The notes under the pieces were generated by a model. That model worked only from the letters and a program-made list of their open reading frames with translations, was not told the origin of the DNA and did no database searches. A stretch of 63,858 nucleotides of DNA, counting the filler, from Pelomyxa schiedti (taxonomy: Eukaryota; Protista; Evosea), in the NCBI GenBank assembly GCA_020536535.1. It is 3 parts of 3 records of this genome, joined end to end, with 100 filler letters (N's around TTAATTAATTAA, not from the genome) between each part and the next. Parts side by side here need not be neighbours in the genome. Positions count along the whole stretch, not along the records: positions 1 to 31,489 come from JAHLWZ010000344.1; 2 more parts are not named here. One strand, given 5' to 3'. The position numbers and the translations under genes are program-made. Numbering within the stretch: the stretch's first letter is position 1; each line of letters starts with the position of its first letter. Below are positions 10,921-27,367 of the stretch, piece after piece.

Positions 10921-13652
10921 CTAAACTTTGTGCAACAAGAGTAATACATGTGATGCAGACCAACCAAAGAAAGGAGCACCAAGAGTTTCACCTATTACCA
11001 GTGACTATGAAAAAAAATAAGGGTTTGAATACCCGTAAGTGGATTGTAGTATTCATAAGTTGGGATATCCCTGTTGCCCAGAAGACCTTTGCCATTTGTA
11101 AGGAATTGTGTTTGTATTTCATCTGCTTCCTGGGTGTAGCCATAGTTCCGCATTCCTTTTATTCCAAAGTACCTGTTATTTTCATATGCCGGTTTGTTTT
11201 GTTGTTATAATTAGGCCATAGATCCATTTATCATACGATTGGTCTATCCACACAGGGCCACGCCAGTACCCTTTAGAGTCGAAATTCGGGTCATTAGCAG
11301 CCAGAGTTGGCAGAGGGAAGTAGGTGTAAAATTGATTAGTATCAAGCATGTTAGTTACAACTGCAGCTGCTTGTAGTTCCGTGGCAGCGTTGGCCCACAG
11401 TGGAATCCACCCTTCAGCACCCTGATATTTCTAGTTTGAACAATGCAAGCAATTCATAGCCACGTACCTTATTTAGAATGAAGTCACCTCCACTTGTTTC
11501 CCTATCGTAGAACCACCCAGTTGCAGAATCGTAGAAAACGGATTGAATTTGTTGTAGAAGCCTATCTGCTTCTTCTTTCAGTTCCCTGACCTGAAGTTAC
11601 AGTCGACCAGATTTAAGAGAGGTACTGTGAAGTATCATTCTGTCCAAGGAGACTTGCCATGTCAGCAAGTACTAATTTTTCTGCATACAGATAGGAATTG
11701 AGGTCAACCGACTCCTGGGTCAGGGAAAAAGCATTTTCTGAGTTGGATTCAAGGCCAGAGTTGTCAAATCTGAATGAGCTAAACTAACAGATATTTTCTG
11801 ACAAATTACCTGACAGCATTATCCATGCCACTTTCCCATTTTGCTGGCTGAACAAGTTCAACAGTGGCACCATACTCACAAACCAAATCACCGTCATGGT
11901 CACGATTTTCATACCACCTTCTAAAGTTAAAGAAAAAAGGGAGCGGAAGAGATAGAAACCAATTGTGGTATTCCAGTAACCGCGGGAACATATCAGAAAG
12001 ATAATCCAGGTTGCCTTCTTTCTCATAAATAGACCAAGTAGCCCAGGCAGCCAATGGTGGCTTAGAATTTTCCCAGTTGTCAGAGTTATCAAATGTAACA
12101 GTGTCGGAAATCATGCTGTTATTGAGAAAGATGTGAATACGGCCTGAAATGCAATCTGGTGAAACTCACCCCATAAACCCTGCTTCATTGGGATAGCTTT
12201 GGTAATCAAACATGGCGTAGATTTGCTCTTTGGCAAGCTCAATATTAAAAAGTGATAGTGCAGCAGCATGCTTCCAAGAGTCCCAAGCCCACAGAGCTTG
12301 GTAGGAGTAGAATGATGGGTACAGGCCACTAGTTCACTCACTGTTAGTACTTGATTTTGAAGACTCCACAAACTTATGTAACAGATGACCTGCTGGACTC
12401 CTCCAATTTGTCATCAGAATCTCCATGCATTTAACAGCAAGCCACTACTGATCCCTCAGGTTTCAGTACGGGATTGAATGTAGAATACTTGTTCACTTTC
12501 TGTCAATTCTGGAATAAGCAAAGTATTGAGGTAGGCAGTCCAACGTTCTTCTGTTGAAGAAAAAATTGCCTCAGGGTCCGCCAACATCTCGGATATCACC
12601 TTCAAAACAAATTAGTGCACTCGTAAAAAAAAAAAAAAGCATACGGCCTGCTCGTTATCGCATTCAGTTTGAGACAAGCAAACAGAAACCGTGTAGTACC
12701 CAGTAAAATCATTACCAGCAGCCACTGGAACACTATATTTCATTGCTGTATTAAAAAAAAAGTTACAGGAAATAAGGTAACAAAGTTCAGTAAGTGAATT
12801 GCCATACTGTATGTGTCAGAAGAGACAATGGCTTGATAGTTGGAGGATTCAGATTTTGGCACGTGTACCTCTTTTAAAAAGAATGAGGGAAAAGTTAAAC
12901 TTTTTCAGGGTGAAGGATATACCAATATAATAGGGTAGTGATCCCGCGACGACACGGATGCCACTGCCGTCAGAGATCGTGGAAATTGTTACAGACTCCA
13001 ACATGATGGAGGCATCACCTTCAAGAGAGAAGTAACAATCGCTTTGCCCTACGCCTATATGTAAGAGTAGAATAAGTATAAATGATTCAGCAAACCCAAA
13101 TTGGTAATGTTGAATTTAACCAGGGACGTTCTATCAGAACCATAGCACAACAGATTCTCAATGTTCCTTCCCTTTAATTGTCAGGATTTTATTGACGCCA
13201 AATCTAGAAGATATACCGAAGATGTATGAGCACTGTGTTTCAAGAAACCGGGATATGATACTGCAGTGGAGGAGTCCACACTGGAAGAAGAGTCGACAAT
13301 GTGCACCAGACTCTGCGACAACCAGCCCTTGTTGTGCAACCAGGGCCCAGTAAACCCAGCCACTTTCTACATTCCCAAAATACAGCATCAGCATTTCGTT
13401 TTACTACAAGGGGGGGGGGCACAAAAATCTCTGCTTCGAAAGAGAAACAAAAACCATGCTGTCAGTTGGCAGAGACAGACCATGCCAAGCCCCCAAGTCA
13501 CTGAACAAAGGGAGGTACTCCGTGCTCAGGCCCTTCCTAGGCATCCCCCTGAGGTCCATTGCGTCCCCCCACGCCCACAAGTCCTTGCCTCCTGCCACGC
13601 AAGACACACACACAGCGAATCCAACAACCACCAACCACGCCTGCTTCCCCAT
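10921..13652 (-). CDS. Secreted glycoside hydrolase family 63, similar to bacterial YgjK
   Basis: Signal peptide MGKQAWLVVVGFAVCVSCVAG. Motifs SDLGAWHG, GFTGP, YQALWAWDSWKHA, ENSKPPLAAWA, WESGMDNAVRFD, ESVDLNSYLY, EGWIPLWA, YWRGPVWIDQ and WSASHVLLL*. Many short introns. Confidence 0.9.
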
Positions 13653-13960
13653 TTGTTTTTGGTTTTCGAACCGTTTCGCACACAACGAAAACGAACCAGG
13701 GCTGGTGGAGGTTCTTCGGGGCCCAAAGCCCGGCGGCCCCACAGCCACAACCTGATGCATCTACAGCCTCAACGACGACGCCCACCGTTGCATCTGGGTT
13801 GCCCAGGCAGAGAGTTACCTGCAAGGACGCGGAGGCCGCGAGGCAACTTCACGGATGGCTTGGAGACTATATCTCTGACCAAGTGAAACAGCGAATTGCC
13901 GCTGTTGTGGCCCAGGAGTCCCGCCAGGACCAGAACCAGAACCGGAGTGTACCGCCGTAC

Positions 13961-17440
<3,480 letters not shown>

Positions 17441-17628
17441 ATTGCATGTAGGCTCTGAACCCGGAAGTACCTGCCTTTAATATGTACAATGTAGCAACAC
17501 TGAAGAGGTCCCACATACACCGCAGCAGTATGTGGGTTACCAATTGAAGTCTTCTTTTTACTCCACATTAAGGCCTTCATCTGACTCGGCACATACATCC
17601 AAATGTGGTGGCACCTTTTATTTCAACA

Positions 17629-19033
17629 TTACTCTCTAATGCTAAGAGAAAGTTGAAGGGCCTGTAGTTGCATCACAAACCCTATTTGTTCATTACCAAG
17701 GATTATTTAGTAGTTGTTTGTTTTAAGTACGGACCTGGGTTAGGTTGTATCCCTGGACGGCACCTTTTCACATGTTTATAAGCAGAACTGAATGTCATTT
17801 TGTTGTGGTACATGAGGTAACCAATCACAATTGAAGCTGATCGGCTGACACCCATTGCACAGTGAACCAACACTTTGCCACCTGTTGCAATGGCTTCATC
17901 TGTTTAATGTGAGCCTAGGCACTTGCCCATCAAACACTACACACCAATGAATGGGAAGGAGTCCTTGAAACTCTTGTCAAGGCTTTGTGTATTGACGTCA
18001 TCAATCGCACAGTGCAGAAATTTCGTCAATGGGTGCTCTTCAAGAGGAAGAGGCAGTTCAGCACACATGTTAATCACATGAGTTATCCCGATGCCATTCA
18101 TCACATCCCTTTATCATTTCAGTAATTGAAAGGAGACTCGTAAACGCAACTCTGAGACGGCAGCACAACTACCCAAATACAAATTCCCTGATGTTGAAGT
18201 TAGTGAAGCAAAATAAATATAATCCAAACCTAAAATGATTTCACAAGGGAGATTAGGTGATTTCACATTCACAAAACTAACTGGGAATGGGGGAAGGGGC
18301 TGAAACTCCTCAGGAATCTCATTCTGTGGGGTAGCTTTACAAAGATATGGATGCTTTGTGCACCACGAAAGCAACCCGTCTTCAATGGAAGCAATATGCA
18401 ACCAGATATCAGATTTGAGAAGATAGGGCATAGTTACCTTCGGAAAAGGTAACCTCTGTAATTGCGGAATGATGAGACAGATAGTCAACGATGGATTGTA
18501 ATTTTGGATCTGTGAAAAAACTAGGAGTGATTTGGTCTTCTGCAATAATAATTGCAACTCTCTTGAAGACGGATGATATTGCTGGCCGCCTGTGAAGCCA
18601 AAATATAAATGGAAATCCAAGGCAGCAACTTGTTTTGTTGGGAGAAACCAGCAAATACTTTTTAGCAACAACACAAAAAGTGTCATTTGTGAGAGGGGAG
18701 TCGGGCAGCTCCTCCAGCGGCACCGAAAGAGAAGTTAACACATGGCCACGCCAGAATTCTGCCAAAAAGAAGAAGAAGTTGTTGGTAAGAACCGCCCACC
18801 ACCACTCCTCATTACTTTCTACATCAACAACAACAGCCACAACAACAAAAACCTCGCCGGGGCCTCACGTCCACGACCACGCATGACGCGCACACCACCG
18901 CGTTGTATAGCTCCATCCCACTCACCAGCCTGACTGCTGTTCCACCTCCAACTTGGATCCGCCTCTCATCCGCGGGCGACACTGCTGCCGACGCGGCCGT
19001 GTCACGCACCGCTGTGCCGTCGGCCTGGCTCAT
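17629..19033 (-). CDS. Rhodanese-domain dual-specificity (MAP kinase) phosphatase
   Basis: N-terminal VVVDVRP..EFWRGHVLTSLSVP (rhodanese/CH2). DSP motifs NLYLGS, GITHVIN, VHCAMGVSRSASIVIGYLM and IQPNPGFVMQL. Confidence 0.9.
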
Positions 19034-19239
19034 CGCTACAAGATCGGTTAAAATACCAGGTGCGAAAAACCCTTTTGACGGGTTGCAACCGCCGAGGTGA
19101 TACGCAGAAATCTTAGTGTGAGTTGATCTCCTTTTCGTTTAGTTTGCAAGCACACCTCACTAGGCAGAACTGGAGCTTCAACTCCAAAAGGTCTTTATCC
19201 TATGCGGCACCTTTTTTATTATTCAGGAGATGCTAAAAA

Positions 19240-21117
19240 CTATGACCGATTTGTGTTGGGTGTTCGGTTGCTGCTTTGACTTTGTTGCTGTTGCTGTGCT
19301 CTGTGTCTGGGTCTTTTGCTAGAGGTGGCTGGTGGGTTGTGAGATTCAGCAGAATCTTCGTCGTGTTGGTGCCGGTACCTATCAGATTGCTGTGGTATTG
19401 ACCAATTAGGGCGGCTTTGTGCTCGGCCTTTGCCTGTGGAGGATGTGTCTGGGTGGAATAAACTGCAAGAAGCGCGTGTGAAGCGAGCTGCCCATAGCTG
19501 GCAATCGAAAACCATGGGCATTAGAGATGTAGGGGGACTGCAGTAGTGGCAGTATGGGTGAACTGTGTTGTGCAGAAAGCTAAATCCGAGCTTATTTTGC
19601 ATGCACGACTGTATTTCCTCAATTGTGAGTCGAATGGATTCCCGTGGTGGGTGAACCCAATGCAACGGGCCTGTTAGTTTTATGAGTGATGGGAGGCTTC
19701 AAAAAGCCGTACCAAGGTTGATCCAAAGGCCGCCATCCTTGAGCACCCAGCAAATAGCTTCCATGTAGTCGAAAATGTTGTATGCAGTATCAATAAAAAA
19801 GCAAGTCATCACACAGTCAACAGACTGAGATGGCTTTGATTTGCACAATTGAACAAAGTCCGTATCAGTGAGAACGAATGTAAATTGAGTTGGTTCGACA
19901 TCAGGAAACGTGACCTAAGTGTAAGAGTTAGAATTTTGCATTTCTTTGAATGCATACTTGCTTAAACATCATTTCCTTGGCCGAAGTTGTATTGGCGGTT
20001 GTGTGCACATATGGAGAAATGGTATGCTGGTTTTTGTGGCACTGAGTCAAGATGTACATAGCAGGTAACAGCATGACATGCGAACATTCACACGCCTCAG
20101 TGGCATAGCCAAGCCGTGTAGTTTCCTGCCAAAGGAGTTGGATTTTCACATAACAAATATTCATACCCAGGGAAGTCTGCTGAAGCCCGAGCCAGGAACC
20201 AACACCACGGGAGCACGTGCTGCTTTGTCAATTGGAAGAAGGGTGGTAAGTTGTGTCAGCATTGGTCCGTAACATTCCTGCCTAGAAAAAGGGTTCACAA
20301 CCACACAAAACACCTTGCACTACTGAATTGCCGTTAACAGACTGAGGTGGGTGCACTTATTCAAGCAAGCAAATAAACAAACATAAAAATGCACCTTTCA
20401 ATTTCGCCTGGGGAAAACAAAAATCAGTTTGACTGCACATCAAATATGGCATACCAGCAGAGGACCAGTCTCTTGCAAACTGTAGGAACATGTTCTCAAT
20501 CATTGATTGGTGTTGTGGGTCAACTGGAGATCCACGCGCAGTACCACAACAACCGCTTTTAGAAAGATGTAATCGTGAGTGACAGCACATGGCTCTATAA
20601 AATGTACTTTTCTGGGCTTGTAGAATGAGCTTTCAGATAACTGTCATGCCACCGAAGCATGCTCGTAACAACTATGTTATTCATTTCAATTGCCTTCCGC
20701 ATTTCCTCTATTCTCACCAAAAACTGCGGGACTAAATCCTACTGCAAGGTCAGTCACATAAAACTAGTCACTCAGCAAGAGAGGGAACCTGTTGGTGGGC
20801 CGGCAATCCTGACCAATCAAACTCCGCCAGTTCAACGTCCTTTAGTGAATTGTCGCGGTACTGTTCCAAGGCATTTGCGGCCGTCGTGCAGCACTTTAGA
20901 ACCCACTCGTCGCTCGATTTCGGTGAGGAAGAAGTTGCGGTGCTCGTAGAGGGAGAGGAGGCAGCACTCGAAGACGACGATGGGGGCGATATTGTTACGG
21001 TGTTTATAGTCACTCCTCCAACCTATATTCAAAGCATAGATCTTAAGCAATAACGACCTTCATCATCTTACGCACCTTTTTGGTCGTGAACACGCGCACC
21101 GGCTTGTTGTCTGCCAT
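19240..21117 (-). CDS. CARNMT1: Carnosine N-methyltransferase-like (N2227 family) SAM-dependent methyltransferase
   Basis: FLQFARDWSSAG, VVPGSGFSRLPW, ECSHVM, DCVMTCFFIDTAYNIFDYMEAI and LKDGGLWINLGPLHW after splicing. Confidence 0.85.
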
Positions 21118-21302
21118 TGCAACTAGACGCAATTTAAAGATCAAAATACTTCAACACAAGGAGGTAACGAAAAATTACCGTGCAAACAAGAAATTTAATT
21201 TCATTGTTTCCCCTCCGATCTTGGCGCGGCTGACCCAAACGAAAGAAGAAAAAAAAAAACTTCTTATGTTGTGTTTGTTATTTTATCAGTGGGTGTGATT
21301 GA

Positions 21303-21918
21303 TCAATAGAAGAAACCCAGAATCTTTCCTCCGGTGTGCTTCTTGTGAGCCTCAACGTGGTCCATGATGCCGTAGGACGTGGTGAGAACCATGAAACCAA
21401 ACTGCCTTGATGGAAGCAGGTTGCTGACCCACTGGTCAAATTGGTTGTGGCGGAGATCGAAGCGTGGGCTGATAACTCCGCACTTGTTGATGCGGCCAAT
21501 CAGGGACACGACAATTTTGCCTGTTGGTGGGTGTGGATGGGATGTTAAGTTTCGGGAGGGATAATTCGGGTGTGTGGGTGCATGGAGTGGCTTGTGTGGT
21601 TATTAGATTAGGTATTGCTATTTTCCAAAGACAAATAGTAGTTGGAGACTAGTTGTTGTTTCTATTCGGGAAGGAAAAGAACCTGCTCTGTGATCATCAA
21701 CCAACTCGAATTCTCCGATGTAACCGTGTCTCTGCATGACTTGCAAAAATCTGATGATAACCTTTGATGATGGTCGAATCAAAACCTACAAGGGAAAACC
21801 AATGTTAGCGCTTAAACAAGTGAAGCACGTGTTCACAGCATAAAAATACCTGTCTTTTTCCCTTTCTGTCGGCATTGGTGATCGACTTGAGAGCATCGGC
21901 CAAAATGTTCATGCGCAT
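21303..21918 (-). CDS. RPS15A: 40S ribosomal protein S15a (uS8)
   Basis: Spliced [62 protein letters not shown]...GVISPRFD...[27 protein letters not shown]. Confidence 0.97.
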
Positions 21919-22480
21919 TTTCTTTGGTTAAATGAAGCGAGTGGCGCCTGCACAATAAATTAAAAAAAACTCAGATATTTGATAACAATAAAAAAAAAAG
22001 CGAGAACGAAACGAACGACACAAACCGCAAACGCAGAATATGACGAGAACGAAACCGTAAACGCAAAAACGAATACAAAACAACGAAGGACCACACGGAC
22101 CTCTTGTGGTGGGTGTGATACCGGCAGCACGGAACGGTGTAGCACTAACGAGCGAAAAAAAGAAAAAATGGAAGACAGAGATCTGAGAGGAAATAAATTA
22201 AATGACGCAGGGGTCACACAACTGCCGCAATTGCCAAGCCGGTTCCAAATTTCTAATCTATTCGGCTAAAAACATCAATCAGATCGGTTGTTGTCTTGTA
22301 CAGGTGCCGTGGCACGCGCAACAAACAGACAAACAAAACACCAAATTGAAACCCCTGCATACAGAAGAAACTCATTTTTTTTAAAAAAAAAACCCCACAA
22401 CCACAACCCACACCGCAGCCGCAACACCGACCAAGTACGTAGATCTACGCATCAACACTAATGCTTCTTCTTTAAAAGAG

Positions 22481-23229
22481 ATGAGTGCAAAAGGAGGGCG
22501 AGGTGGTGGCGAGTCGGGCGGTGGACCGAGGAGAAAGAAGAAGATCAACTCACACAAGGGAGCGTCGAGGACGTATATCGACGAGGAACCAACGGAGCCC
22601 GTAGAGGCAGAGGAGGAAAAGAGCAGCAGCTCATCGTCCGAAGACACTAGTGACGATGAGGACATGGTATGTTTGCTTTCTAAAACCGTACTCATTATTG
22701 GATGATGTGGGGTTCACTTTATCACTCCAACGCCCAAGTAGTATTATAAATACTCTCGATTGTTTACTCTATCTTCTTTCTTGTTTGCAATCTTTCGAAG
22801 GGGTCGTCTTTTGCCTAAACTTTTATTTCTCCCCTTGTGGTGTTCTGCTTTTTTTACCAAAAGCATCACAAACCAAAAGGACCCCAAATAGAGACCTTCA
22901 ACCCAAATAGAAGCAGGCCCATGGAAGCACCAGCCGATACTACCACAGTGAACCTCAATAGAAAAGAAAGGTTTCTTTAGTAACTGCAGTTTTTTCCCAC
23001 CATAATGCTAACCACCTCCAAAAGAGAAGCTCTTGAGGCCCAGAGAACCCGTGAGGCTTACCTGCGAATGACTGCTGAAGGCAAAACGGAGCAGGCTCGT
23101 CGTGACCTGGAGCGCCTTGAGCAAGTCCGCAGGGAGAGACAGGAGGCTGCAAGGAGAAGGGAACAGGAACTGGCTGAAAAAGCCGCCACGAAGCCCGGCA
23201 CAAAACCCAAACCCTCTGGTCGCTCCTAG
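22481..23229 (+). CDS. PDAP1: 28-kDa heat- and acid-stable phosphoprotein (PP28 family)
   Basis: Basic N-terminus, acidic Ser tract, and REALEAQRTREAYLRMTAEGKTEQARRDLERLEQVRRERQEAARRRE matching the PP28 core GKTEQAxxDLxRL. Confidence 0.85.
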
Positions 23230-23317
23230 GAGGCTAGTTGAGTGAATACATTCCCTTTCACGACAAAACCCACGCACACCCCCAACCAGTCAAATTCATC
23301 CACTCCAAAAACCACTT

Positions 23318-23519
23318 GGGTAAATAAAAAAAACACCAGACCATCGCGTTTCTAAAGTTTAGGTTTTGTTGCTAATCACAACAGATTCGATTAGATCAGT
23401 GCACATCGAATTCAAAGAATAAGAGGTGATCGAATCGATTACGGACGTAACAGCCACAACAGCGCGGACATGGAACGTTTTCACACACAAGTGAAGGAGT
23501 GTCTTGCACAAAACATCAA
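23318..23519 (+). mobile_element. End of a longer member of the GGCTGAATAAAA-TIR family, truncated by a gap
   Basis: Begins GGGTAAATAAAAAAAACACCAGACCA (compare GGCCGAATAAAAAAAACACCAGACCA, the reverse complement of the copy 2 end) right after ACTT (23314-23317). The duplicated flank at 23620-23813 shows the uninterrupted site ACTT|GTTG. Confidence 0.75.
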
Positions 23520-23813
23520 NNNNNNNNNNNNNNNNNNNNNNNNNNNNNNNNNNNNNNNNNNNNNNNNNNNNNNNNNNNNNNNNNNNNNNNNNNNNNNNNN
23601 NNNNNNNNNNNNNNNNNNNCAGGGAGAGACAGGAGGCTGCAAGGAGAAGGGAACAGGAACTGGCTGAAAAAGCCGCCACGAAGCCCGGCACAAAACCCAA
23701 ACCCTCTGGTCGCTCCTAGGAGGCTAGTTGAGTGAATACCTTCCCTTTCACAACAAAACCCACGCACACCCCCAACCAGTCAAATTCATCCACTCCAAAA
23801 ACCACTTGTTGAT

Positions 23814-26800
23814 TCAAAAGAAGAAATCTGATTCTATTTGTGGATACGCTTTCCCCCTCGTTCTGCTTCTGTTCGTCTTTGGTGGTGGCATCAACAGTGA
23901 TGAAGAAGTCGAGGCCGGCACCCCAGAAGGTGACATCACAACACACGCGGGAAGCCTGGCCGCCTGCTGTAGTTGCTGCGGGACAGTTGTTGTTGTAGTG
24001 GCCGCCGGAGAGAATGGTGTTGGGGATGGGGCCCTCTGTAGTGTGTTGTTATTGCCGGTGCTGGCGTTGGAAGTTGTAGAGCTGAAGGAGAACAGGTGAG
24101 GCTGCGGTGTTGCCACTTGCTGTTGGGTTGTTGTTGGCGATGGTGAGAATGGCGGCTGCTGTTGTTGTGGAGTGAGTGCATTAGCGGAACTCCCGTTGTT
24201 GNNNNNNNNNNNNNNNNNNNNNNNNNNNNNNNNNNNNNNNNNNNNNNNNNNNNNNNNNNNNNNNNNNNNNNNNNNNNNNNNNNNNNNNNNNNNNNNNNNN
24301 NGCTGAAGGAGAACAGGTGAGGCTGCGGTGTTGCCACTTGCTGTTGGGTTGTTGTTGGCGATGGTGAGAATGGCGGCTGCTGTTGTTGTGGAGTGAGTGC
24401 ATTAGCGGAACTCCCGTTGTTGCTGCTGCTGCCGCCGTTGCCGTTGTTGTGGTTGTTGTTGTTTGGCGCGGAGGCGGGACTGCCAGAGGGGGGGAAGGCC
24501 CACTGGGCATCGTCAAAGAGCGGGGGAGTGGGCGTGGGTGTGGGCGTGTGCGAGGGCGAGGGGGACGTCGAGGGGGGGCTGGCGGGCGTCGGGGTGATGA
24601 CCGCGGTGGACGCGGCTGTGAAGGCGCCGCCGCCGCCGGATCCGCCCTGCATGGACGTGGTGAACGTGAGGGACGGGGCGCTGGTGACCGGGACCGAGAG
24701 CAGGTCCACCAGGAGGTGCTGGCTGCTGCGGCTCTTTGTTATCGCCGTGGGCATCGACGCCAGGCGGGTCATTGTGATGGTCGGCGGCGACGGCGCCCGC
24801 TGCTGCCTCGGCGGCGTCGTCGCGGTCATGAACGCCGCGCTTGGAGGGGGAGATTCCTTGGAGGGAGTGCTGAGTGAGCCCTATTTTTTTTTTTTTTTTT
24901 TTTTTGTTTTGAATTGTATTGTGTTGTGTTGTTTTTGTTTGCTTGGTTAGAAGGTATCTCCCGTTACGTTTTGGGGTTCGGAGGTAGAAGAAGGCATACG
25001 GATGACATTGAGGACTTCTTCTCCAGGGCGGACCTTCGGTTGGAGGAGATGAATTGCTCGAACATTTGAGATGCACAAAATGCTTGGAGGAACTAGTTTG
25101 GGAGTTTGTAGTGAGTAGAGGGAATGAAAACCCACAGGGGTTTTGTAGGTACCGGTCTTAGAATTGGGTCACGGGAATGTAAGAAGTTGTTCAAATCGAA
25201 TGTCTGTGCATTGCGTGTTTCAGTAGGGGCTGTAACAAACTTGTGATAGTCTCCAAGCACTTTTCTGAAAAACGACCTGAATGCAGCACTAATTGCTTGG
25301 CTTTTACATGTTCCTTTATGTTGTTGTTATCGTTTGGGTTTTCATGTGAAAGAGCATACCGTTACTAGCATCAAAGAAAGTGCGCTGTAATTCTTCAATA
25401 TTCTCCCGTGGAAGAAGTCCCTGGTCACTTAATTGAACATGCGAAACTTCACCAGAGTCAGTATCAACAACAACTGTCTGTTAAGGTGAATCACCTTCAT
25501 TTACAGAGATAGATAAGTACCTCATTTAGTGCTCGACTGTGGCTTGGCTTAATGTGACCATGCAAAAAGCCCATAAGGAATGGAAGAGGGGCCTGGAATG
25601 TTTTGGGTATTACACAACTGGATGCATTGTACTTACGTCAAGATACTCCAGAAGCTTGTATGGAACAACCTGGAGCACAATGTTATTTTGAGATTGGTAA
25701 TAGACAAAGCATACCGGAATGAATATATGTTGCCATTTGAATGGATACAGAGCTGATGCTGCAGCATGAATGCAATGTGATAATCTATAGAAAATGAACT
25801 AGGGTGCATCTGGGGGAAGGTATAACCTCTCCAGATCAGACCCAAGAAAAGCAACACGACGTTCCATTAGAAGAGCAGAGAATAGTAGAGTAGTGCGCTT
25901 TGGCCCAAGCGTTTTCACTAGTAGAAAAAAGTTCTAGTACCGATACTAACCATGGGATAGGAAACGGGAAAACTACAACAAAGCAAAGCACATGCGCACA
26001 GAACCACTGGAAACACAAATATTTAGAGGAGATATAGACCTCTCCAAGAGTGTTATCATCATCAGGCCTGAAAAAGACATGGTACGTTGCCAAAGCACCA
26101 CAAGGAGGCAGATTTATAGTCATACTTCCTCCGGGATTTGGAAGAGGATGCTCTAGGACAGAACTAGCCAACAAAATAACCGAGTCCCACGATTGTAGGT
26201 AACGCTGCTCTGAGTGTATAAGGAGTTCTCTAAAAAGATCAAACCAGGGGCTGCAGTTCAAGTTATCCAAGGGGGGAAACAAAATTTAGACCCACAAAAG
26301 TGATATGTAGCATAGGCAGACAGGACAGTCACTATTAGGAATATAGAATCTTCTAACAAATCCATAGTGCCTCTGACCCGTGTCATCTGTAAGCATGATA
26401 GTATAGAATCTAGATTTCTTTGGGTTCTCATCCTCCTCACTTTTTCAAAAAGTAAGTTCACCACTAATATTAAAAAAAAAAAAAAAGAGAAAGTAGAAAC
26501 AATAGAAAAGAAAAGAAAAGAAAAGAAAAGAAAAGAAAAGAAAAGAAAAGAAAAGAAAAGAAAAGAAAAGAAAACTACCAAAACGGAAACGAAATGAAAT
26601 AAATATCAACCTCCAAGTCTGAGGGGCACTGGTCGTCAAGTGCACGCCATCACACAACAGATCCACGTCAGGGAAGCAGAAAATAGACACACTCCTAGGG
26701 GGCTCCAGTACCTCCTCAGGGGGGAAGCACCTCCTCACGACCGCGTCCTGCTGCTGTGGCGGCTGTTGTTGTGGTGGTAGTGGCTGTTGCTGAGGTTGCG

Positions 26801-27179
26801 CCTGCTGTTGTTGTTGTTGCTTGGGCCCCAGAGTCACCTCCACTAGCTGGGAAAACAACCGCCCTTGGGCGGCGGAAGACCACAGAGGCTTCTTGGGGTT
26901 TGCACTTGTGGGAGGCGCAGGGGTGGTGTCCACGGCCGCAGCTGGTGGCGGTGTCTGTGTGGGTGGCACGTCCCTGTTGGTTGAGTCGAAGGACCGACGA
27001 GACTGGAGGTCAATTGGTGGTGATTGGGGAGGGGACGCGGCCTTGGGGGCCTGCTGTGGGTGCAGGGTGTTGTTGTTGTTATTGTTGGTTGTTGTGGTCG
27101 GGGACCCATAAGTGAGGTTTAGTGTGGAGGCTGGCGACGAAGGTGATCGCCGCCGGGTGTTGTTGCTGTCCCCATTCAT
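23814..27179 (-). CDS. DENN-domain protein (putative Rab GEF) with Pro/Ser/Thr-rich termini
   Basis: uDENN RLFSQLVEV..SIFCFPD..LTDDTGQRHYG; DENN SPWFDLFREL, LERRVAF, YPFKWQHIFIP, APLPFLMG; low-complexity C-terminus ending SDFFF*. Spans an N gap. Confidence 0.85.
26506..26570 (+). repeat. (AAAAG)13 microsatellite in a DENN gene intron
   Basis: Direct reading. Confidence 0.95.
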
Positions 27180-27367
27180 CGAGTTGAAGAAAAAACCAAG
27201 AAGAAGAAAAAACCCCGCCCAAGCGTTGCTTCCTCCGAATCTCTCTGATTGCGCACTTTTTTTTGGATTTCTTCCGTTCTAAAAGGGCTTTGGAGGCCGA
27301 GCAGAATCACGTGGACTAGCACCTAGCACTCCAAATGGACTGTTGTTTTGTTTTTCTTTTTTTATAG

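Noticed and set aside
21523-21680. Unusually long RPS15A intron as a snoRNA host
   Set aside because: No convincing C/D or H/ACA boxes seen.
24081-24421. ~120-bp direct repeat flanking an N gap
   Set aside because: Identical sequence on both sides of a 100-N gap indicates an unmerged contig overlap, not a biological duplication.
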